DNA of 64,000 nucleotides from a virus: IMG/VR virus record IMGVR_UViG_3300013112_000677, positions 1 to 64,000 of that record; one strand, 5' to 3'. Shown piece by piece: positions 1 to 7,644 of this stretch (position 1 is its first letter; each line of letters starts with the position of its first letter). The notes under the pieces were generated by a model. It saw only the letters and a program-made list of their open reading frames with translations, ran no database searches and was not told where the DNA came from. The position numbers and the translations under genes were made by a program.

Positions 1-21
1 GGTGGGGGCCGGGCCAGGCGC

Positions 22-216
22 TCAGAGAGCGTTGTAGTCGGGGATGTTGTCGACCCGGACGGCCAGCTGCAGCAGCTTCGACACGACCTTCTGCGGGGAG
101 TCCCCGTCGCCCACGGTCAGCCCGAGCTTGCGGGCGAACCTGTAGAGCTTGTCTGGGTCGTCGAGCATCTTGCGCAGCTCGTCAGCCGTCACCGCGAGGT
201 ACTCGCTCGGGTCTAC
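22..216 (-). CDS. Small helical ORF (about 57-64 aa), possibly the -1 frameshift extension of 213..917
   Basis: Open frame VDPSEYLAVTADELRKMLDDPDKLYRFARKLGL...NAL* with typical GC3-rich codons. Its only in-frame starts (GTG 192, ATG 168) lack a clear RBS. Not in the supplied ORF track. Confidence 0.55.
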   Translation of the reverse strand, partial: VDPSEYLAVTADELRKMLDDPDKLYRFARKLGLTVGDGDSPQKVVSKLLQLAVRVDNIPDYNAL

Positions 217-917
217 TCGCCTTCCCCCGAGTCAGCGAGCTCCGGGAACGCGTCGGCGACCAGCGCGTCCCAGTCCTCGGGCTCCATGATGCCGTACCCC
301 AGGTTCTGGAGCAGGGCGCCGAGCTTGAGCTGGTTGGCGATGATGGTCTCCTGGTTCGCGACGAGGCTGTCCAGGGTGGCGGCGTGGGAGTCGAGGACCT
401 CGCCGAGCGCGGCGAGGGGGTCGCCCGCGGGGGGCTCGGGGGCCGGCGCCGGCTTGGCCGCGGCCTTCTTCTTGGTGGTCTTCTTCTTGGTGGTGGTCTT
501 CTTGGGCGGCGGCTTCTCGTCAGCCGGGAACTCCTTCTCCAGGATGAAGGTGATCATCGCCTCGGACTTGGCCTTGAGCGACTCCTTGTGGGGGTAGCCC
601 GCCTGCATGGCGGCCTTGCGCAGGTCCATCCGGTTGAGGGCCTGCAGTTCCTGTTCGCGTTCCGGTCGCGTCACGTTGTCCTCCGTGTTGGTTTGCGACT
701 CAATCATTCCCCGGAGAGCCAGCAGCCCGAGGCTCTCCAGTGTGTCCCATCGTGCAGCCGTAGCGGCTGGGCTGCATGGCTTCCAGCGTTGATGACAGAT
801 GTAGTCGAGGAGCGCTTGAGGTCCCTGGTTCTTGGCCAGGCGGTATGCCTCCGAGCATCCTCCCAGACGGGCGCAGTCCAGGCAAGTGACCCGTTGAAGA
901 TCGTCTCTACTGTACAT
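213..917 (-). CDS. Hypothetical protein: N-terminal Cys cluster, Rho-N/HEH-like helical motif, Lys/Pro-rich linker
   Basis: 234-aa ORF; CLDC..C..C; LQALNRMDLRKAAMQAG; KKTTTKKKTTKKK; overlaps the upstream gene end. Confidence 0.75.
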   Translation of the reverse strand: MYSRDDLQRVTCLDCARLGGCSEAYRLAKNQGPQALLDYICHQRWKPCSPAATAARWDTLESLGLLALRGMIESQTNTEDNVTRPEREQELQALNRMDLRKAAMQAGYPHKESLKAKSEAMITFILEKEFPADEKPPPKKTTTKKKTTKKKAAAKPAPAPEPPAGDPLAALGEVLDSHAATLDSLVANQETIIANQLKLGALLQNLGYGIMEPEDWDALVADAFPELADSGEGE

Positions 918-1236
918 GCTTCCGGTTCTCGTCGAAGCAGTTCAGGGCGATCCCCACGGGGCAGCCGTGCGTCATGCAGTACCCGCCGCACAGCGGGAGC
1001 TGGCTCCGGACGATGTCGGCGTGGCGCTCCACGAAGGCGCTGAGCTTCTCGCGGTTGGGGATGCTGGGGCACATGTCGGTGGGCTCGGGCTCGATCTCTC
1101 CAGCGACGATGCGCTTGAGGCGCGACCGGGAGAGGGCAGGGCTCAGGTGCCCGAGACCCTGCTCCTCGGCGAGCTTGACCAGCTCGCTGATGTTGAGCTC
1201 CTCGAGGAAGTCGGAGGTCTCAGTGTCTTGGGTCAT
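907..1236 (-). CDS. Hypothetical protein with Rho-N-like motif and C-terminal Cys cluster
   Basis: 109 aa; LEELNISELVKLAEEQGL; CGGYCMTHGC; packed in the operon. Confidence 0.7.
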   Translation of the reverse strand: MTQDTETSDFLEELNISELVKLAEEQGLGHLSPALSRSRLKRIVAGEIEPEPTDMCPSIPNREKLSAFVERHADIVRSQLPLCGGYCMTHGCPVGIALNCFDENRKHVQ

Positions 1237-1591
1237 AGGTGTCTCTCCCCTGGCAGCTGGTGCAGGTGTAGAACAGCGGTTTCAGTTTGCAGAGCTGGAT
1301 GTCGACCTCGGTGTCGTCGAGGCCGTGCTTCATCGCATGGATGACGTCGCGAGCGAGCACAGGGTTCGTGCTCTTGAGCCGGTAGACCAGGTCGGTGCTC
1401 CGGGCCTCGGCCGCGAGCTTCCCGAGAGGGCACGGGATGAGCCGGCGCAGGTCCGGGAGCAGGACCTGGAACGAGTGGTTCGGGCAGTCCACGCAGTGGT
1501 CGAAGGGCATGAGCAAGCACTTGATGCGCGAGACCTGATGCGGACTCCGCCTTGCGGGGTCTGGGCCGGGACAGAAGACGATGCCGCTCAT
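1220..1591 (-). CDS. Cys-rich hypothetical protein (putative Zn-binding)
   Basis: 123 aa; several CxxC motifs (CVDC, CTSC); ATGA coupling to the upstream gene. Confidence 0.7.
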   Translation of the reverse strand: MSGIVFCPGPDPARRSPHQVSRIKCLLMPFDHCVDCPNHSFQVLLPDLRRLIPCPLGKLAAEARSTDLVYRLKSTNPVLARDVIHAMKHGLDDTEVDIQLCKLKPLFYTCTSCQGRDTYDPRH

Positions 1592-2136
1592 TCCGCACCG
1601 AGGAACTCCTCGGGGACGCCGAAGGCGCGGGGGTCGTCGAGGACGAGGAGCACGGACAGCCCCGGGTTCTCGTCGTCGACGAGCTTCTTCCCGGAGACCA
1701 CGAAGTTGAAGCGGTCGTCCACGCCCAGGGTGTCAGCCACCGCGTCCTCGACCAGCTTGTACCTGTTGGAGATGTCCATCCTCTGGTAGCGGGACTCTGC
1801 CTTGCGCTCACCGGCGCGCTTCAGCCTCCGGCTCTTCGTGCCCCTCTTCCCGACCCAGGTGTCCTTCTTGTACCGCTTGGGCCACCCCAGCACGCACACC
1901 TCCTTGAGGGGGAACCGCAGGGTGATCTCCACGGAGAGGACTGCCCCCTCCGCGACGGCGTTCCTCATCTCCTGGATGGTGAACAGGTGCTGCTGAGCCA
2001 GGTGCGCGGAGAAGCGCGCCTTCCAGTTCTTGGCCGCCGTTGTGAGCCGACGACCGCCACCCGGCGCGTTGTAGAACGCGTTGTTCGCCGAGGGCGGCAG
2101 CTCGTCGTACCCCACGAGGATGGACGGCTGGGTCAC
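1588..2136 (-). CDS. rusA: RusA-family Holliday junction resolvase
   Basis: PPSANNAF N-terminal motif and MDISNRYKLVEDAVADTLGVDD catalytic motif; GTG start overlaps the upstream TGA. Confidence 0.75.
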   Translation of the reverse strand: MTQPSILVGYDELPPSANNAFYNAPGGGRRLTTAAKNWKARFSAHLAQQHLFTIQEMRNAVAEGAVLSVEITLRFPLKEVCVLGWPKRYKKDTWVGKRGTKSRRLKRAGERKAESRYQRMDISNRYKLVEDAVADTLGVDDRFNFVVSGKKLVDDENPGLSVLLVLDDPRAFGVPEEFLGAE

Positions 2137-2693
2137 AGGGAGGCCCGTCGGTGGGACTGGGACCGCTCTCGCTGCGCCCCAGACCGGGCCTGCCCGCGGT
2201 GGGTGATGGTCCGGCTGATGGTGTTGAAGTCCGACTCCGCGGCGTCGTAGGCGGCGCTGATGATGCGGACCAGGTTGGCGAAGTACAGGTGCTCCCGGGT
2301 GATGTCCTGGACGCGGGCGTCCCGCTCCAGCACATCGTCGAGCACCCACTTCTTCTCGGTGGTCTTGGCCGTGTCGGCGTGCTGCTTGCGCAGGTAGGCC
2401 AGCTGGACGCGCACCATCTTCTTGGCCTCGTCCCGGCAGCCCTCGTAGAAGGACAGCTGGCCCCGCAGGAAGTTCTTCCACTGGTTGGTGATGGTGAGCA
2501 GCTCGCCGATGTCCCGGTCGGACATGCTGGAGCTGTTCGGCGGGAGCTGCCCAGCGTACAGCTCGCCGCCCCACTCGGGCGCGGTCGGGAGGACGATCCC
2601 TCGCTTCTTGAGGTTGGCCATCACCTGGTCCATGACCTTGGCGTGGTCGAGAGCCTCCTCCACGTCGCGTGACATCGACAGTGCCTTGCTCAT
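2133..2693 (-). CDS. Coiled-coil protein, possibly a UvsY-like recombination mediator
   Basis: 186-aa helical ORF starting MSKALSMS, in the RecA/nuclease operon; function inferred from context only. Confidence 0.6.
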   Translation of the reverse strand: MSKALSMSRDVEEALDHAKVMDQVMANLKKRGIVLPTAPEWGGELYAGQLPPNSSSMSDRDIGELLTITNQWKNFLRGQLSFYEGCRDEAKKMVRVQLAYLRKQHADTAKTTEKKWVLDDVLERDARVQDITREHLYFANLVRIISAAYDAAESDFNTISRTITHRGQARSGAQRERSQSHRRASL

Positions 2694-3499
2694 CAGCCCA
2701 TCCTCTTCTCGCAGATGGCCTTGTAGTTGCACTGCTTGCAGGCCCAGCGCTTGACGTCCGGGTCCGGCCCGTCGTCGTCGGCGTCCAGTACGGGGTCGGT
2801 CTTCGCCACGATGCTCGACCACAGCGGCTGGGAGAAGGGCACGGCGAACTCCTGCATCGCGGAGTTGTTCTTGTCGTAGTAGAGGATGTACCCGAACGGG
2901 ACGTCCAGGCCCTTCATGTAGCAGTGGAACTGCTTGGGGTGCCCGGGCAGGGGCTTGGTCAGCTTGCCGAAGGCGTCGTGGTTGATGGTCTTGAGCTCGA
3001 GGGCGTAGCGGTAGGCCGGGGTGATGCGGACGCCGTCCGTGCTCCCGGAGATGAACCTGTCCTCGATCATGACGCTGGCCTCGTCGGTGAAGGCGTCGGT
3101 GGTCTCGTCGGCGTCGTCGGGGTGGTCGATCCAGCCCCACATCGCCTCGAAGTAGCTCTGCAGCTGCTCGTGCACGGCGTGGCCGGTGTCGAAGATGAGC
3201 CGGAGCCGGTCGTCGACGTAGTCCTTCTTCGGGGAGCCCTGGAGCTGATACCAGAGCTTGCGGACGCAGCCGTCGATGGACGAGGGCTCGATGCGGTAGG
3301 TCTCCCTGAGCTTGGGGGTGTCCTGGCTGCGGCGCTTGGCCCGGGCGATCTGGACCTCCTGGTACGCGAGGTCGACCAGGGGCTCGTTGCGCTCCTTGAG
3401 GAACGCCTTGAGCTCGGTGAGCGGGGAGATGGAGTTGACGAACGCCTCCACCTCCTGGGGCGAGTACCTCGCCAGGTCAGCGTGAGTCTTCAGTTGCAC
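2693..3499 (-). CDS. Cas4-like PD-(D/E)XK exonuclease with Fe-S cluster cysteines
   Basis: PSSIDGCVRKLWY; GHAVHE; GSTDG...LELKT; QFHCY; C-terminal CKQCNYKAIC. Confidence 0.85.
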   Translation of the reverse strand: MQLKTHADLARYSPQEVEAFVNSISPLTELKAFLKERNEPLVDLAYQEVQIARAKRRSQDTPKLRETYRIEPSSIDGCVRKLWYQLQGSPKKDYVDDRLRLIFDTGHAVHEQLQSYFEAMWGWIDHPDDADETTDAFTDEASVMIEDRFISGSTDGVRITPAYRYALELKTINHDAFGKLTKPLPGHPKQFHCYMKGLDVPFGYILYYDKNNSAMQEFAVPFSQPLWSSIVAKTDPVLDADDDGPDPDVKRWACKQCNYKAICEKRMG

Positions 3500-3974
3500 G
3501 TGCTGCCTCCTTCAGCGCCTGGTAGTCGTCGATGTCCATGACCACCAGGCGGGTTCTACTTCGTCCGTGGATGAACGTGAGCGCCATCACGGGGACCTTC
3601 CCGCGTGCGAGCGCCTGCGCTCGAATCTTCACCCAGTCTGCCAGGGTGAGTGCGATGCTCTTGGCCCGCGTCTCCTTCAGCTCGTGGAGCTCCTCGACGA
3701 AGTCCACGTCGGCCTTGTCGAAGGGGCCACAGCCGGAGCCGCGGGTCTTGCGGCCGCCGAGCCGCTTGGCGTGCTCGGTCTCGGTCTCGTCGCTGTCGCG
3801 GCGGATGTTGCGCCTCTGGTAGGCGGCCTGCCTCTGCTCCCGTGTGGGTGGCAGCTCGATGGAGTGTCGCGGGATGATGACCCCGCAGACCCTGCACCGA
3901 GCCCGGTTGGTGACCAGCTGCCACGAGTTGCCCCCGCAGTGCCGGCAGTCAGCAGTAGTTGGGCTGAATCCCAT
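3477..3974 (-). CDS. Zn-ribbon plus PD-(D/E)XK nuclease (Hjc-like resolvase)
   Basis: CRHC/CRVC ribbon; E..AKRLGG..TRGSG....KAD.....HELKET. Confidence 0.7.
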   Translation of the reverse strand: MGFSPTTADCRHCGGNSWQLVTNRARCRVCGVIIPRHSIELPPTREQRQAAYQRRNIRRDSDETETEHAKRLGGRKTRGSGCGPFDKADVDFVEELHELKETRAKSIALTLADWVKIRAQALARGKVPVMALTFIHGRSRTRLVVMDIDDYQALKEAARATEDSR

Positions 3975-5118
3975 GTTCCTTCAGTACCGCGGTCTCGATC
4001 TGGGTCCGGAGATCGAGGTCCGTCCTGGCAGCCTCGACCCACTTGTCGATGCCCTGCTTCTTCTTGCCGTTGAAGGAGGACCAGGAGCCCTTGGTCTCGA
4101 CCACGCCGCACTTCTGCGCGGCGATGATGAGGGCGCGCTCGAGGTCGGCGCCGGTGGAGTAGAAGTACCGGAAGCTGCCCGTCGGTCCGTCGTGACAGCC
4201 GGCCTTGCCCTTGAGGATCTCCCAGTTGATGACCTTGCCGACCTTGGTCAGCTTGGACGCGCCCTCGGGCTTGCCCTCAGTGACCACGCCCTTGGGGTTC
4301 TGGAACAGCCGCTTGCCCGGCCGCAGCATGATGCTGACGAACTTGCCGTGCTTGAGCGCCCAGCCTCCCTGGATCTCGTAGAGCTTCTTGGGGTCCATCG
4401 AGTCGCGCATCTGGTTGATGCCGATGACCGTGGTCGAGACGGGGGTTCCCCCGCCCACGCCCATCATGATGGCCGTGTACCGGCGGATGAACTCGGCGTT
4501 GACCTTGGCGGACCCGCCGCGGGTCTTGTCCTTCATCCCCTTCTTGGCCTCGGCCGAGGTCATCAGGGAGCCCCAGGAGTCGATGCCGAGGACGTGGTAG
4601 AGGTCGGGCAGGAGCATGTCGAGGATGGCGTCGTACAGCGACTCGGCGCTGTCGGCGAAGACCGTGTGGAAGGTCCCCACCTCATCCCGCAGGTCGGCCA
4701 GCTCCTCGGGGGAGAACGGCCGGTCCTCGACCGCCTCCATCCGCTGGATCTCCTCCTCGCTGTACGCGACGCGGAGGCCGTGCATCTTGCCGAAGAGCTT
4801 GTCGTAGTGCATCTCCGTCATGGCCACCGCGCCGGCGAAGTCCTTGTCGAAGAGCTCCTGCTGGCGCTTGAGGTACTGGTTGAGCAGCCAGGACTTGCAG
4901 GACCCCTCGGGTCCGATGAGCTCCACCAGGCCGCCGGCGGGGAGCCCCCCACCCGTGGCGATGTCGAGGTCGATGAGGCCGGAGGGCCGGCGCAGGTAGT
5001 AGTAGGGGAGCGTGATGTCGCTCGCGCGACACAGGCGCGCCCGGCCGCGCGACCCCTTGGTGATCTGCTCGGCGAGAGCGTCGAGCTGCTCCTGGCGGGT
5101 GAGCTCCTTGTCAGCCAC
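3949..5118 (-). CDS. recA: RecA/UvsX-like recombinase
   Basis: SGLIDLDIATGGGLPAGGLVELIGPEGSCKS (Walker A), GIDSWGSL, GINQMR, GGWALKH; GTG start with GAGGAGG RBS. Confidence 0.92.
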   Translation of the reverse strand: MADKELTRQEQLDALAEQITKGSRGRARLCRASDITLPYYYLRRPSGLIDLDIATGGGLPAGGLVELIGPEGSCKSWLLNQYLKRQQELFDKDFAGAVAMTEMHYDKLFGKMHGLRVAYSEEEIQRMEAVEDRPFSPEELADLRDEVGTFHTVFADSAESLYDAILDMLLPDLYHVLGIDSWGSLMTSAEAKKGMKDKTRGGSAKVNAEFIRRYTAIMMGVGGGTPVSTTVIGINQMRDSMDPKKLYEIQGGWALKHGKFVSIMLRPGKRLFQNPKGVVTEGKPEGASKLTKVGKVINWEILKGKAGCHDGPTGSFRYFYSTGADLERALIIAAQKCGVVETKGSWSSFNGKKKQGIDKWVEAARTDLDLRTQIETAVLKEHGIQPNYC

Positions 5119-5287
5119 GCTTGTCCTCCTCGGGCTTGCGCTCCCACGGCTCGGTGCCGCAGTTGGGGCAGACGGGGACGTTGCCGGTGTAGTCCACCTG
5201 GTCACTCCCGCACGACGGGCACTTCGCTGCGCCCTCCTGCCCTTCCTTCGTGAGTTCGTCGTCCGTCACGACGCTGTACTTGTCCAT
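5111..5287 (-). CDS. Small Zn-ribbon protein (58 aa)
   Basis: MDKYSVV...CPSCGS...CPNCGTEPW; GGAGG RBS upstream. Confidence 0.65.
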   Translation of the reverse strand: MDKYSVVTDDELTKEGQEGAAKCPSCGSDQVDYTGNVPVCPNCGTEPWERKPEEDKRG

Positions 5288-5723
5288 CGGGGTCCTCCCA
5301 CAGTGGTACCTCGCTGAGGTCCACATTGTTGTCCGGCTCGGGCGAGGCACGGCGCGCCTTGACCAAGCGCCCGTGTGCCTCTGGGTTCTTCGCGAAGACG
5401 AAGCGCCGGTTCGGGTACGTCTCCGCGATGGCCTGCAGGATGAGTCCCTCCCGGAGTGCGATGCCTGCGGCCCTCCTCCAGGAGATGTCGACGTCCACTC
5501 CTCCCGCGGACGCCTTGATGCCGTGAGGGCCGTGCCTGGCGATGTAGCCGTCGAGAGCACAGCCTCCGGTGCCCGCAGCGTCCTTGAACGCTTCCCACGG
5601 GGTGCGGAAGCCCGGGTAGGCATACACCTCCCCGACGCGCACCGCCACGGTAGCGCCCTCGATGTGGCGGAGGACCCAGCCCACCGCCCAGCGCTCGAGG
5701 CTAGCCTTCGTCACGCGTGGCAT
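5202..5723 (-). CDS. Hypothetical protein
   Basis: 173-aa ORF MPRVTKASLERW..., start overlaps the HU gene end; 3' end overlaps the next ORF by about 86 nt. Confidence 0.5.
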   Translation of the reverse strand: MPRVTKASLERWAVGWVLRHIEGATVAVRVGEVYAYPGFRTPWEAFKDAAGTGGCALDGYIARHGPHGIKASAGGVDVDISWRRAAGIALREGLILQAIAETYPNRRFVFAKNPEAHGRLVKARRASPEPDNNVDLSEVPLWEDPDGQVQRRDGRRTHEGRAGGRSEVPVVRE

Positions 5724-5994
5724 GGAACCCCCGGTACGGGGTGAACACCACGACCTCCTTGGGAGGCAGGTCGATGGTCTCGCCGGTCTTGAAGTCGTAG
5801 CCCTTCTTGGCCTTGCGCGTGGTGACGGTGAACTTGCCGAAGCCGGCCAGCTCGACCGACTCGCCTGTGCAGACCACCTCCGCGATGACGGAGAGGGCCA
5901 TGTCGATGATGGGCTTGGCGACGGCACGAGGCAGTTGTACCCCACCTCGGCGACAGCGCCTGACGACTGCGTCTACCAGTTCTCGTTTCGTCAT
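5701..5994 (-). CDS. HU/IHF-family DNA-binding protein
   Basis: MTKRELVDAV...GESVELAGFGKFTVTTRKAKKGYDFKTGETIDLPPKEVVVFTP. Confidence 0.9.
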   Translation of the reverse strand: MTKRELVDAVVRRCRRGGVQLPRAVAKPIIDMALSVIAEVVCTGESVELAGFGKFTVTTRKAKKGYDFKTGETIDLPPKEVVVFTPYRGFHATRDEG

Positions 5995-6001
5995 CGTCTC
6001 C

Positions 6002-6907
6002 TCAGAATGGAATGTCCTCGTCGTCCCCGGCCAGCTCGGACAGGGGGTCTGGGGGTGGGGGGATCAGCAGCTCCTGCCGGAAGGGCTCGACCGGCCCCAG
6101 ATAGGGCGGCCGCTGCTTCCGCTTGCGCCGGATGGTCAGGACGGGGAACGGGGCCAGGGAGGTGTCGCCCACCATCACGCGGTGGAACAGCGGCCCGTTC
6201 GGGCCGACACCTGCGGTGAACCTCCGCATGTTGAACTGCCGGCCGATGCGCTGACCATCGACCTCGCAGTCCTCCAACTCCAGCTGTTGTAGGACCCGGC
6301 GCGGTTCCTTCAGGAGCTGCTTCAGGTGCCTGGGGGAGAACGTGTAGAAGGCCGGGTAGCCCAGCCTGCTCTCCGGGTTGAGGTACTCGGCGGTCCCGCA
6401 CCACCTCTCGAAGCACAGCACTACGTCGAGGTCCAGGAGCACGCAGCACTCGGTGCTCTGGGCCAGCGCGGAGATGAGCTTCCTGGGCGTCTTCTGCCGC
6501 TTGGTCATCCGGAGCAGGTTGTGCATGAAGATGGCGTACTCCACCCGGGGCCGGTACATCGGTCGGGTGGCATGCCTGCGGATCGCGTCGTACAGCTCTG
6601 CCTGCCAGCGGTAGATCTTGTACTGGCTGCGGGGGTTGCCGCCCTTCACCTCGATGAAGGTGGAGCGTTCGCGCTGGACGAGGTCGGGGATGAGGCATGG
6701 CGGTTCCTCGGAGTTGAGGGCCACGCCTCGGTCTGCCTCGTAGGGGTAGACCTCCCCGCCTCTCCAGTGCACGGCGTCGAACAGGTGAGCGGCCATCGCC
6801 TCGTAGAACGAGCCCACGACGTTGCGGGTGTTCTGCACCTTCAGCGGCGCGTCGAGGTCGGTCTGGGCCTCGCTCTCCCCGATCTTCAGCCGGACGTAGT
6901 CGTTCAC
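6002..6907 (-). CDS. PD-(D/E)XK endonuclease-like protein with an SSB-type C-terminal tail
   Basis: G..YE, IPDLV...FIEVKGG motif; ends DDEDIPF; GTG start overlaps the upstream TGA. Confidence 0.7.
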   Translation of the reverse strand: MNDYVRLKIGESEAQTDLDAPLKVQNTRNVVGSFYEAMAAHLFDAVHWRGGEVYPYEADRGVALNSEEPPCLIPDLVQRERSTFIEVKGGNPRSQYKIYRWQAELYDAIRRHATRPMYRPRVEYAIFMHNLLRMTKRQKTPRKLISALAQSTECCVLLDLDVVLCFERWCGTAEYLNPESRLGYPAFYTFSPRHLKQLLKEPRRVLQQLELEDCEVDGQRIGRQFNMRRFTAGVGPNGPLFHRVMVGDTSLAPFPVLTIRRKRKQRPPYLGPVEPFRQELLIPPPPDPLSELAGDDEDIPF

Positions 6908-7644
6908 TCGTCTCCGTACCCGCGCTCCTCGGCGAACAGCCGAGCCGTCTGGGAGAAGCGGGCGTTGTGCGCGATGGCCCGGTGGCTCCAGTCCCACTCG
7001 TCCATGATGAAGGTGCGCACCTCGGCGGTGTTGAGCTTCATCGTCTCGTCCTTGGACATCTCCAGCTGCTTGATGATGGTGTCGTAGTCCCGCGTGTGGT
7101 CCTTCGGCGGGTCGATGCGGACGGCGAGCTGCGTGAGCTCTCCCGCCTCCAGCTGGTCCAGGGTGGCGTTGAGCTTCTCGCGCGCGGCAGCGACGAAGCC
7201 CTCCCGGGCCTCCTGCACCATCGCGGCGTGCTTGTCGCGGTTCTCCTTGAGGACCTTGAGGACCTCGGCCTTGTCGAACGTCTGAGACAGGTTGATGTGC
7301 ATGTCGGAAATTCCTTCTGGTAGTCCAACGCCCGGGGGTAGCCCGAGCAGGTAGGTGTACAGTTCCAGCTTGCGGACCGCGGCGACGTTGCCGAAGCCCA
7401 TTCCTATGTCCTCCCAGGCGCACCACTGCAGGGAGTGGCCGTCCTCGATCTCCTGGAGGTCCTTCAACGTATTGTTCTCGATGACCTGAGTGATGGGCAT
7501 CTCGTATGCGAGCAGCTCCTGCTCGGTCTTCTCGAACGTCTCCGATGCGATGGTGAAGAAGGGGACCTCGAAGAGGGCGGGGGTGTGGAAGCGGAGGCTC
7601 CCAGGCATCCCGAGGAGGGGCCCGAGCCTGAGTAGCCTGCTCAC
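6904..7644 (-). CDS. Chimeric protein: two joined major-capsid-protein fragments fused to a 132-aa helical domain (internal start at 7302)
   Basis: GTG overlaps the polA stop; residues 25-68 and 74-96 match MCP residues 97-140 and 309-331; GAAGGA RBS precedes in-frame ATG 7302. Confidence 0.8.
   Translation of the reverse strand: MSRLLRLGPLLGMPGSLRFHTPALFEVPFFTIASETFEKTEQELLAYEMPITQVIENNTLKDLQEIEDGHSLQWCAWEDIGMGFGNVAAVRKLELYTYLLGLPPGVGLPEGISDMHINLSQTFDKAEVLKVLKENRDKHAAMVQEAREGFVAAAREKLNATLDQLEAGELTQLAVRIDPPKDHTRDYDTIIKQLEMSKDETMKLNTAEVRTFIMDEWDWSHRAIAHNARFSQTARLFAEERGYGDE

Noticed and set aside
2693-3499. Cas4-like gene as evidence of a CRISPR-Cas system
   Set aside because: No repeat-spacer array or other cas genes in the window; solo Cas4-like nucleases are common in phage recombination modules.
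7357-7572. MCP-like copy as a diversity-generating retroelement template/variable repeat pair
   Set aside because: Differences from MCP involve all bases and are often synonymous rather than adenine-specific; no reverse transcriptase in the window.
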